Made by a program: the position numbers and the translations under genes
Part shown: positions 40,411 to 49,070 of the stretch, piece by piece
Numbering within the stretch: the stretch's first letter is position 1
How the letters are laid out: the number at the start of each line of letters is the position of its first letter
Origin: Candidatus Latescibacterota bacterium
Lineage (GTDB): Bacteria; Latescibacterota; UBA2968
NCBI GenBank assembly: GCA_965116885.1
Contig: OZ220741.1
Location: 4,352,001 to 4,416,000 of the forward strand
Direction: 5' to 3'
Length of the DNA stretch: 64,000 bases
Notes under the pieces: model-generated
What the model saw: only the letters and a program-made list of their open reading frames with translations
What the model was told of the DNA's origin: nothing
The model's database searches: none

Positions 40411-41604
40411 TCATAGTTGTTCTCCTGTCAGACGAATACGTAACACACCCCTGAATCGCACGTTTTTGCGTTTCAGGGCCTCGATCTCTTTCTGCTTTTC
40501 CGCCAGTTTTCTCTCTACTTGCTCCAGTTTCAGGTAATGCACGGGCGGATAAGCCATTTTTAAGTCCTCCAGTTTTTCATAGATCTCTTGCTTCTGCCTT
40601 AACAAATCTTTTATGCGCTCAGCGAGACCTCTTAAAATGGGCTGAAACCGCAAAATCTCCTTTTTTTGCGCAAATTTGAATTCAATCTCCCGGGTAGTGA
40701 AACTGACAGCACCGCCCAGACGTTCTTCCTCCCCAACTTCAAAAGAAGCATCTGCCTCGAGCAGGCCAGACACAAAACTGTTTGCGGGGATCCGCTCCAC
40801 CAGTTCCTGATAGGTCTCGCCTCTTAACTGAATCGTCTGTATTCTCACGGGACGATCCGTCTCCTCCACGCGCACCTTATCCGGCAAAATGGCACCGTGT
40901 TCTCCGCAGGTCAGAACTCGCCCATTGAAAAAGATCCAGAACCAAGCGGGCCTGGCATCGAGGATCAGGGCTTTTCCACTCACCTTCTCCCGCGTGTGTC
41001 GCCATTGTCCTTCAAAATTCAAATAGGTTTCTGTATTGGCTCTCCGATAATCTGAGTATGCGGCCGAAGGCGTCGCCATCAGGTATCTAAACGATCGCCA
41101 GATACCCCCCTTATGTGATACGGGCATGAACAATAGGAGCAGTATGACAACCACAGCCAATACAGTGCCCTCCCCCATGAGGGATCCCGTTTTGATTCTG
41201 TATCTCGCACTGCCAGGAAAAACGCAAACCGCGGGATGGGGATAAAACAGGGGCACGCCGCTTTTGGTCGTACTATCGGCGATCAGATGGCTCATATAGC
41301 CCAGGAGCACAGCCGCATAACATGCGGTTTCCCAGGCGAGTAAAGGCAGAGTGACAACCGATAGAGCGAGCATACAGAGCAGCGAATGCGTAATCGTGCG
41401 GTGCCCCCATCGCCGCTCAATCGGGATCGAAGCAAAGGGCATCGCCTTGCCAATAGAACTCCTCGGTGAATCCACATCTGGAAGCAGGCTCCCTATGATC
41501 GCGCATGCGACCGCGGGAAGATTGCGGTGAAAGGACATGGAAAAGAGCGAAAAGGAACTCGCCACCGTGAGCAACCCAAATGCAATGTGTGTAGGTGCAG
41601 TCAT
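40411..41604 (-). CDS. YdjM-family membrane metal-dependent hydrolase with C-terminal extension and coiled coil
   Basis: MTAPTH, GSLLPDVD, GHRTITHS, SHLIAD..T..GVPLFYP. Confidence 0.85.
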   Translation of the reverse strand: MTAPTHIAFGLLTVASSFSLFSMSFHRNLPAVACAIIGSLLPDVDSPRSSIGKAMPFASIPIERRWGHRTITHSLLCMLALSVVTLPLLAWETACYAAVLLGYMSHLIADSTTKSGVPLFYPHPAVCVFPGSARYRIKTGSLMGEGTVLAVVVILLLLFMPVSHKGGIWRSFRYLMATPSAAYSDYRRANTETYLNFEGQWRHTREKVSGKALILDARPAWFWIFFNGRVLTCGEHGAILPDKVRVEETDRPVRIQTIQLRGETYQELVERIPANSFVSGLLEADASFEVGEEERLGGAVSFTTREIEFKFAQKKEILRFQPILRGLAERIKDLLRQKQEIYEKLEDLKMAYPPVHYLKLEQVERKLAEKQKEIEALKRKNVRFRGVLRIRLTGEQL

Positions 41605-43091
41605 CGTTTGAACCTGTACATAAAGAATCGAATGCCTACCAGAATCGCACTGCCAATGCCGGCCAGCACATACCCTTCCATACTCCCGATACCGCGCATG
41701 AAGAATCGCGCCGCGACCACGAATAGTAGAATCAGCACCACGGCGAACGTGAGATCGATCTGCGCTCGCGCGCCGGTGTGGGACACATCTCGCACCGCGG
41801 ATCGAGTTACCGCCGGTTCTTTGCGAAGCCGCTCCACAATCTCAATAATGGCGCGCGGATTACCAGCACTCTGTTGTAATACGCGAGTCTCGGTCATGGC
41901 GTAGTCTTCTATGTCGGCGCCCGCGGCGCACTGGCGGATGAGTTTTTTCGCGTCCGCAGTAGATAGGTGCTCTATTTCTACGCGGTCGAACTTCCAGAAG
42001 TATTTCTCGTAAGGCTTCCGGACTTCTGGTAGCGCAGCGATAATGGTAAACTTGCGGTTGAGTTTGTCGATCAATCGCCCGACGGAGGCGGTCATATCCG
42101 ACAGGTCATCCACGATCAACACGAACTCATTTTTCTTCACCGAGCCGAGCACCATATCTGTCCAGCCCTGAATGCTCGTGCGGGTGTGTTGCTTTTTGAT
42201 CGTTTTAAAGTTGTCTGGACCATCCGGACATAGCCTTCCGATTTTGTGCAACCCCTCCGCAATATTTATCAGGTTCTCTTTCACTGGTGAAAGCGTCTTT
42301 ACCTTCAGCGCGTTCTCTGCGTTGAGCAACGCGAGTAAATGACTTTTGCCCACGCCAATCGGGCCAAGCAATAGTGTGTCAATACCCTTGCTCAAGTTGT
42401 CTGTGAGTTGGCACAATTCCTCATCGCGTCCCACTGTCTTTCCCATCTCGACTCTCGACCGCGCAAAAAATCTGTAATTGCGATTCTTCTGGCGCGACCA
42501 CCACCGCGACAACCGCGACCTGCGATCAATGCGATCAACAGAACGCCGCTTTTGCTCTTCACTAACAGAGATGTAGATGGAGGCTGTCTCAATGGACGCA
42601 TGCCCCATCAAGTCCTTGATCCGCTCGACCGGCACATCCCGATCTGCCAGGTCAGTGCCGAAGGTATGCCTGAGCATGTGCGGATGGACGTGGCGGATCC
42701 CCGCGCGCTGCGCGCAGGTCTTCATGGCCGCCCACACAGTCTTGCGGCTGAGTTGCTGTCCGTTGCGGAGATTGTAAAAGACGTATTCAGAATCCGAAAA
42801 CCGACGGGACTCCAGCCATTCTCGGAGCACATCCTGCACCTCGGGGTTCATCGGGACAACGCGCTCTTTGCCACGCTTATCCGCAAAGCGAAGGCTCGGT
42901 GTGTCCGTTGACCAGTGGATATTGTCAACCGTGAGTGAACACGCTTCGGAAACGCGCAGACCACACATCGAGAGCACGGCGATCAGCGCGCGATCACGCG
43001 AATTCATGCGTACAGATTTGAGTGCTTCAAGCTCGTGTTGCGCGAGCGCTTTTGGTACTGCTGGACGGGTTGCGAGTGACTGGTGAACCAG
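41601..43091 (-). CDS. Tyrosine recombinase catalytic domain fused to P-loop ATPase and two C-terminal TM helices (probable CTG start)
   Basis: GLRVSE, KRGKER, HMLRH, MGH, SIY; Walker A GPIGVGKS, Walker B LIVDD; frame open upstream through PKAL..HEL to CTG at 43089-43091 with GGAGG 8 nt before. Confidence 0.85.
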   Translation of the reverse strand: MVHQSLATRPAVPKALAQHELEALKSVRMNSRDRALIAVLSMCGLRVSEACSLTVDNIHWSTDTPSLRFADKRGKERVVPMNPEVQDVLREWLESRRFSDSEYVFYNLRNGQQLSRKTVWAAMKTCAQRAGIRHVHPHMLRHTFGTDLADRDVPVERIKDLMGHASIETASIYISVSEEQKRRSVDRIDRRSRLSRWWSRQKNRNYRFFARSRVEMGKTVGRDEELCQLTDNLSKGIDTLLLGPIGVGKSHLLALLNAENALKVKTLSPVKENLINIAEGLHKIGRLCPDGPDNFKTIKKQHTRTSIQGWTDMVLGSVKKNEFVLIVDDLSDMTASVGRLIDKLNRKFTIIAALPEVRKPYEKYFWKFDRVEIEHLSTADAKKLIRQCAAGADIEDYAMTETRVLQQSAGNPRAIIEIVERLRKEPAVTRSAVRDVSHTGARAQIDLTFAVVLILLFVVAARFFMRGIGSMEGYVLAGIGSAILVGIRFFMYRFKR

Positions 43092-43144
43092 GGGAATGCC
43101 CTCCTGAATGGGTTTGGAACTGAAACTTCGTGCCCTTTAAATAG

Positions 43145-43160
43145 TGCAAAAATCGTGCCA
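43145..43160 (-). promoter_or_regulatory. sigma54 (-24/-12) promoter
   Basis: Minus strand TGGCACGATTTTTGCA, matching consensus TGGCAC-N5-TTGCW. Confidence 0.8.
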
Positions 43161-43237
43161 AACAAGCCGAAAAACCCGTAAGTGCTTGCAGGAGAGCGTA
43201 TTTTTAAAAAACGCCCAAAAACGGACATGCCGAAAAC

Positions 43238-43274
43238 TGTTTCAAATGAAACAGTTGGTGTGTCATATGACACA
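43238..43274. promoter_or_regulatory. Two palindromic TGT-N10-ACA enhancer-like sites
   Basis: TGTTTCAAATGAAACA (43238-43253) and TGTGTCATATGACACA (43259-43274), 21 bp apart. Confidence 0.65.
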
Positions 43275-43403
43275 GTTGGGATAGGAATGAGGCAGGGGGA
43301 TTACAGAGGAAATCACACAAAAAATGCCCTGAAGAACACGGGGCATTTTGGAGGGTAGTTATGATATTGGTGCTCTGATGAGCACTATATTGGAAATGTC
43401 GCG

Positions 43404-43700
43404 AGCGACCAGAGCGATCAGTATCTATCCCTCACATTTGGAAAGCGTTGTCGTGAAGCTGGCAGGCGCCCCTCAATGGGGTCTATAGGCGATTGCTATG
43501 ACAACGTGATGGGCGAAAACTTCTTCTCTACCCTTGAATGTGAGTTAATCAATCGCCATTGTCTCCTTACACCAAGGAAGCACAGTTGAACATCTTCGAA
43601 TACACTGGGGTGTGGTATAATCCGCATCGCAGGCATTCTTCCATCGCCTGCGATGCGCCGATGACTTATGAAAAACTGCATCTATCACAGGCTTGATACA
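43404..43700 (+). mobile_element. Degenerate IS3-family transposase (OrfB C-terminal) remnant
   Basis: Own translation: SDQSDQYLSLTFGKRCREAG..PSMGSIGDCYDNVMGENFFSTLECELI, frameshift, IFEY..VWYNPHRRHSSI. Confidence 0.85.
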
Positions 43701-43792
43701 GCTTGCCGTATAGAATCTCTGGATTAAACCATTCCAGAGCAGACTATTACGGCACATGCTTCGCAAGCCATTGGTGCGCGCGATCACCTTGC

Positions 43793-43855
43793 TCACGTTT
43801 TTCTTCGCGCGAAGGTATCCAGCTCATGCCGGACAGTCTCACTGGACAGCTCAGC
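43793..43855 (-). pseudogene. C-terminal tail of a tyrosine recombinase (homologous to 55414-55680)
   Basis: AELSSETVRHELDTFARRKT* vs AELS...TVRQELDAFARKKT. Confidence 0.6.
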
Positions 43856-43864
43856 CGCGCCCTA

Positions 43865-44887
43865 TCACTGTTTTCCCAGAGAACGGCCGTTCACATAGGT
43901 TTCTGTTTCGGTGGTCCCGTCCAATCCACGCCAGATCCAATGTCCGTGCCTTTTCCCACCCACATAAGAGCCTTCCCCTTGTCCACCTGGATAAGGCTCG
44001 ATCCACTGGCCCTGCTTCTTGCCATCGACATAAGCGCCACCCCCTACGCTACCATCAGATTCATGAGTGACCCATTTTCCGTGTTTCTTGCCAGCGACAT
44101 AAGCACCTTCCGCTTGTTTTGGGCTATAGATGTCCGGCCAACGCTCGACCCACAGGCCGTGCCGCTTGCTATTCACATAGGGTCCTTTCTGTTCCGTAAT
44201 GCCTCCAGTCAGAGTCGATATACGATCGGTCCACAGACCTTGCCGATAGCCGTTCTGGAGATATCCCATGGCTTCTTCTCTTCTTTCGTCCCAGCGATCT
44301 TCATATGGGTTGTAACTGTAATTTCGGAGGCGTGTTCCCGCCCCCTGTGCAAAGCCATCGGAACACACGCCAGACCAGGTCACGGTCTCGTCTTTCTGCA
44401 GGTTCGGGTTCCAGACGTAGCATTCAGGCTGGTCGGTCAACGCCATCCAACAACGGGAGCCTACAGGCTTTCCTTCACACATATTCTCAGGCGTGACCTG
44501 AAGCCCCCCAAGCTCCTTCTCAAGCTCCTCCTCAATCTCCTCAATCTCGATCAACAACGCCAATGCCTCCTTGTAAAACTCACGCCCTCTCCCTGCTGAC
44601 AGATATTTGCTCACCGCGTCAAGCGCGATCTGAATTGAGCCTACTGAAAAGGCAATCTGTGCATATTTGAAGTGGAATTCATCCAGCAACGTGATATTGT
44701 GTTCTTTCTGCAGCGCGAGGATCTTGTCCATCATATTGAGCGCAGCCACATAGTCTTTTCTCTCAAATAACTGTTCTGCCTGCACCAGATATTTATCCGC
44801 GATGACCTCTGGCGGTAGTTGAGCGGATGCAATCGTAAAGAATCCCAGTGAAAATAGAACAAAAATACTTCTGATCACGTTCTGCAT
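43865..44887 (-). CDS. Secreted protein with TPR-like N-domain and MORN-like (GKKHG.W) repeats
   Basis: Signal peptide + QLPPEVIADKYL; repeated G.YV.GK+.G.W units. Confidence 0.7.
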   Translation of the reverse strand: MQNVIRSIFVLFSLGFFTIASAQLPPEVIADKYLVQAEQLFERKDYVAALNMMDKILALQKEHNITLLDEFHFKYAQIAFSVGSIQIALDAVSKYLSAGRGREFYKEALALLIEIEEIEEELEKELGGLQVTPENMCEGKPVGSRCWMALTDQPECYVWNPNLQKDETVTWSGVCSDGFAQGAGTRLRNYSYNPYEDRWDERREEAMGYLQNGYRQGLWTDRISTLTGGITEQKGPYVNSKRHGLWVERWPDIYSPKQAEGAYVAGKKHGKWVTHESDGSVGGGAYVDGKKQGQWIEPYPGGQGEGSYVGGKRHGHWIWRGLDGTTETETYVNGRSLGKQ

Positions 44888-45003
44888 TGTGTCTTTCCTA
44901 TCATCAATTTTCGCCCTATCGCTGCTCAAAGAATTTTCTCTGGACTTCAGATATTTCCACTGTAAATATGCACGTCTTGCACCAAAACGGGAGAAACCCA
45001 ACA

Positions 45004-45744
45004 TTACGGATACATTAATTCTATATTTAATCGCAATTCCTTATCTAAGGAATCACCAAACATCCACTTATCCTCACAAAATATTCGCAATAGGTTTTGA
45101 AGATGCTTTGGTATCGGATCGCCTTCAATACTTAGAATATCCTCAATATCGGCACAGTCTGATGGATCGATAGTAAACCTATATGGCGTGATAGATGATG
45201 AAAAGGGAGCTTTCAATAAATCAAATTTCCTGCATGAATCAGAATCGCGCCAATCAGCAGGTGCGATGGCAAAACCATCCTGACGGATCCATCGATGCTT
45301 TAAACCGCCATCGTCAAGCTGATGAGTCAAAAAAAAATGATCAATTATGATTGCTTTATTTGACATGGTTTTACAATCCAGTTTGTAGATGACCGCCTCT
45401 TGACCCGGCTTAGCATTAAGGAGAGCAAAGAATATCGCTACTTCAAGTTTTGCAGACAGATCAATCAATGGGGTGGGCCATCCGTAGTGCTGGAGTACTG
45501 CAATTCCGTCTAGCGGACCTATACTGTAACCACGTAAGCCCTTGCCGATTTCTTTGGCATAACGGCACGTCGTGTAGGCTTGTCCAATCCGCAGTTTTTC
45601 ACACGCTGGGATACGTGCGAAGCGCGATTTTACACTCGAGTAAATTTGTGATTGTCCACGAAACAAGAATCGTGGTTTTCCTGATGGTAGCATTTCTTTT
45701 TCTAGAGACTCGAGTTGAGTTCTGATTGATGCGAGCTGTGTCAT
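45004..45744 (-). CDS. FRG-domain protein
   Basis: FLFRGQS, LQHYGWPTPLIDLS...VAIFFA, R...Q.G; AT-rich. Confidence 0.85.
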   Translation of the reverse strand: MTQLASIRTQLESLEKEMLPSGKPRFLFRGQSQIYSSVKSRFARIPACEKLRIGQAYTTCRYAKEIGKGLRGYSIGPLDGIAVLQHYGWPTPLIDLSAKLEVAIFFALLNAKPGQEAVIYKLDCKTMSNKAIIIDHFFLTHQLDDGGLKHRWIRQDGFAIAPADWRDSDSCRKFDLLKAPFSSSITPYRFTIDPSDCADIEDILSIEGDPIPKHLQNLLRIFCEDKWMFGDSLDKELRLNIELMYP

Positions 45745-45802
45745 AGTATTCTTCTCCTTGGGTTAAGTCCAAAAAATTCTGTAAAAAGGTAACCTCGTGA
45801 TA

Positions 45803-45820
45803 TGGAGTTGCCCCGCTTAG
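45803..45820 (+). mobile_element. IS3-like terminal inverted repeat (left copy)
   Basis: TGGAGTTGCCCCGCTT; 15/16 match to the reverse complement of 55710-55725. Confidence 0.55.
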
Positions 45821-45988
45821 AGAGTAGGCTATTACGGCACATGTCTTGTAAGTTGTTGGCGCGTGGTAGGCGATTGAAGAATGCCTGCGATGCCGTGCCT
45901 GCGCCGTCGTGCGGCAGAGGGATTATATTACCAACCTTTCAAAATCACCACCTCCTTTCTCGCCTATAAAAAAATAAAGAATCAGGAG

Positions 45989-48763
45989 CTAAAAAGACCG
46001 GACAACTCGAAAACCGATGTAGAAGTTCCGGCTCTCGGCGGTGTTCTGGAAGCGACTCGCCGAACGCAAGCCACTCGGTTCTTTGCCCCACGAACCACCA
46101 CGAACCACGCGCCTATAACAGTTGCCGCTCTCCCACGCAGAACCGTCAGCAGGCGCCCCCCGGTAATTGTCGTTCCAACAATCTTGCACCCACTCCCACA
46201 CATTGCCGTGCATGTCGTAAAGACCCCATCTGTTGGCACTAAACGAGCCTTCTGGGGCTGTCTTCACTGCATCCCACTGACTGCCGCAACCATCGCAATT
46301 GGCGCGGTTGCGACCAATGTCGTTACCCCAACTATACATCGTCGTTGAGCCAGCACGGGCAGCATACTCCCACTCCGACTCACTCGGCAAGCGATAGTTC
46401 TTCCCTGTCTGAGACGATAGCCAATGCGTATAGGCCACCGCATCATCCCAATAAACATTGATCACTGGACGCCTACCCCTGCCCCAGCCTTCGTCGTCCG
46501 CTCGCTCGCGTCCCGTCGCATCTGTGAAGGCATCGTACTCCTCGAATGTCACCTCGTACTTAGACATTTCGAACGATGCTATACGCACACTATGCACAGG
46601 CTTCTCCCGGTCATAGCAGTCTATACCCGACACGCAACCCATTTGAAAACTCCCCGCTGGAATCACCACCATCTCCGGCATTGGAAAACTTGGGATACGC
46701 AGTTTCACTGTTTCCACGATGAGTCGCGCTTTCGATCCGGCACCACCCCGATGCCGCCAGACCTGCGTTTCCGTGTTCTCTCCGGTAACGCGAATCTCGC
46801 CCGTATTTGCATCTCTGTGGCTACAGTGGTCTCCCTTGTATCCCGTACCGTTGAGCGCTGTCAGTTCCACCTGGTAGGTCTCCCCCCCACGAACCTCTAT
46901 AGCCTGGCAGTCCCACTCATTGAAGATCTCTCCGGAAAATACGGTCCGTCCTTCCACATCAACGCGGATCTCATCCCCATCTTCGCACTCGTGGTCTCGC
47001 ACGCAAATCTCAAGACTCCCTGTCGCACCTCTGATTTTCATCGGGAAGTCCCGAAGCCCCTGATCGCCGGTGACGGTCAGGCACCCATCCAGTGACATAT
47101 CATCACGCGCGGTACGCATCATCTGTGCATCGCTATAGACAGAGCCATCAGCAGCGGCAGAAAGCTCAATTTCTGAACCTGGGCGAACTTCGATCTCGAA
47201 TCGCCCCTCAACATCCGTCGTTGCCTTAGAACGCCCGACATAGTCTTTCCCGTGCGCTGTCACCTCTGCATTTTTGACCGGCTTCCCCTGCTGATCCTGG
47301 ACGCATCCCGTCATCGTAATCGACTCATATAGCACGTCCGCATTCCACGTCGAAAAATGTCCCACGCTTCCCGTATAGGCCCACTTCCCATCTGCGGTCC
47401 TCTCCAGCATTGCTGTGCCTTCCTCAACCCAATAACCCGTCGCATCCGACCAGTAATACAACGGGATTGATTTGGGAGCATCTTCAGGCCGTCGTCCAGA
47501 GGCCAGAGGGATCGAGATACGCGCCTGTTTCCCGCTGGCGAGATTCAGCCGATTGCCATTTCCACCCGTAAATTCCACATTCATCGCACCGAAGGACTCA
47601 ATAGGCTCGGCCTCGCCTGTATCCGCATTCCACTGTTCCATATCGCCCGGCATCACCGAGGGATCTTTCGACGCATCCAGCACTGTTACCCTCGCAGTCG
47701 CCTGTCCGGACGCAACACCTCCGCTGTCTGTCATCAGGACATTGGCAGACAGCGAGACAACCGTTTGACCATCCACCTGTATCGCGGCATTGTTTTCCGG
47801 CAGGAAGGACTGCGTCACCTGCACCGGTATCATGGATAGGTCAGCCGTTCTCCTCGATCCATCAGAGACATCAACAATGATCGATTGGGGCGCGAAGCCT
47901 GTGGCATTTGCAGTGACGGTCAACCTGCCCGGCTTGACCCGCACTTGAACAGTATATTTGCCATCTCTGCGCGTTCTTGCAGTGCCCACCTTTTGAGAGA
48001 TGTCACCCTGATATTGGCGAACGGTAATGGCGGCTCCTGAGATGCCCCTGTACGTCGCATGGTTCTTGATGGTTCCGGACAAAAGAATCCCCAGTACCGT
48101 TCCGGACTGGGGATTTTCCTGTCGTCCATATGTTGCGATCTTCACCATCACTTTATCTGTTGCCGTTGCATTGTCGTCATCCGTGACACGCAAACGAAAC
48201 GTCAGGGTAACGCCGCCCTCGACTTTGGGTGCAACAAAGGACACAGAGGCTTGATTCTCGTTTGAAAGCGACACGGAAGGACCAGCGATCTGCTCCCAAT
48301 GATAGGTCTCAACCGCGCCGTCCGGATCCGATGCACTGCCGCGAAGCCTCACCCTGTCGCCCACATTAACCGTCTGATCGGAACCGGCTTGTGCATTGGG
48401 CGGCTGGTTGAGCTTGCCCACGATCGTCACGGCCACTTGATCGGTTGCCGTTGCATTGTTGTCATCTACGACGGTCAGGCGAAACGCCAATATCTGGGAA
48501 CCTTTGACTCTGGGTGCGACAAAGGACGCAGATGCCTGATTCTCGTTTGAGAGCGACACAGGAGGTCCGGCGATTTGCTCCCAGCGATAGGACTCAATCG
48601 CGCCGTCCGGATCCGATGCACTGCCGAAGAGCCTCACCCTGTCGCCCACATTAACCGTCTGATTGGAACCGACCTGTACATTGGGCGGCTGATTTGACTC
48701 ACAGCCTGCGAACAGGACAACCAGTGCAAGCAATATGAACGTGATCAATTTGTTGTGTGTCAT
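45989..48763 (-). CDS. Lipoprotein: two PKD/Ig-like repeats, carboxypeptidase-regulatory-like domains, C-terminal FGE-sulfatase domain
   Basis: Lipobox FAGC; NQPP...G.ASDPDG...Y.W.Q x2; GHFSTWNAD; YRLPSESEWEYAARAG, GNVWEW. Confidence 0.85.
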   Translation of the reverse strand: MTHNKLITFILLALVVLFAGCESNQPPNVQVGSNQTVNVGDRVRLFGSASDPDGAIESYRWEQIAGPPVSLSNENQASASFVAPRVKGSQILAFRLTVVDDNNATATDQVAVTIVGKLNQPPNAQAGSDQTVNVGDRVRLRGSASDPDGAVETYHWEQIAGPSVSLSNENQASVSFVAPKVEGGVTLTFRLRVTDDDNATATDKVMVKIATYGRQENPQSGTVLGILLSGTIKNHATYRGISGAAITVRQYQGDISQKVGTARTRRDGKYTVQVRVKPGRLTVTANATGFAPQSIIVDVSDGSRRTADLSMIPVQVTQSFLPENNAAIQVDGQTVVSLSANVLMTDSGGVASGQATARVTVLDASKDPSVMPGDMEQWNADTGEAEPIESFGAMNVEFTGGNGNRLNLASGKQARISIPLASGRRPEDAPKSIPLYYWSDATGYWVEEGTAMLERTADGKWAYTGSVGHFSTWNADVLYESITMTGCVQDQQGKPVKNAEVTAHGKDYVGRSKATTDVEGRFEIEVRPGSEIELSAAADGSVYSDAQMMRTARDDMSLDGCLTVTGDQGLRDFPMKIRGATGSLEICVRDHECEDGDEIRVDVEGRTVFSGEIFNEWDCQAIEVRGGETYQVELTALNGTGYKGDHCSHRDANTGEIRVTGENTETQVWRHRGGAGSKARLIVETVKLRIPSFPMPEMVVIPAGSFQMGCVSGIDCYDREKPVHSVRIASFEMSKYEVTFEEYDAFTDATGRERADDEGWGRGRRPVINVYWDDAVAYTHWLSSQTGKNYRLPSESEWEYAARAGSTTMYSWGNDIGRNRANCDGCGSQWDAVKTAPEGSFSANRWGLYDMHGNVWEWVQDCWNDNYRGAPADGSAWESGNCYRRVVRGGSWGKEPSGLRSASRFQNTAESRNFYIGFRVVRSF

Positions 48764-49070
48764 TTTACTCCCACCCATAGAGGCTGTAAATGTGTGAGCA
48801 GACGGCTTACACATCTCCAGTCAATTTGGGTTAAAACTGAGGGATGATTGTAATCTGCCTGAGGCATACCGCACACCTATCCCGAGCAATTCGAGCCTGC
48901 GGCATCTGTAATACCCTGAAGCCACGCCTGAAAGGCCGCATCAAGCGGCGCACATAGCCCTGTGTTATGAAAGTAAAATTGCTTCAGCTTTGTCAGCCCG
49001 GGCAGGCTTTGGGGAAGCGCACCCATCAAGGATGCGTTATCCTGGAGCCACAGAGTCTCAAGATTAGACA
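48599..49070. repeat. Segmental duplication (LRR 3' end, spacer, PKD-lipoprotein 5' end); second copy near 61399-61880
   Basis: Near-identical sequence at an offset of 12812 bp. Confidence 0.85.

Noticed and set aside
39375..46700. Diversity-generating retroelement targeting the FGE (C-type lectin fold) domains
   Set aside because: No reverse transcriptase or non-coding template repeat in the window; differences between the two FGE copies are not adenine-specific.
41601..48763. Integron (tyrosine recombinase plus co-oriented cargo)
   Set aside because: The recombinase is too compact to hold the IntI-specific insertion, and I found no RYYYAAC...GTTRRRY attC sites.
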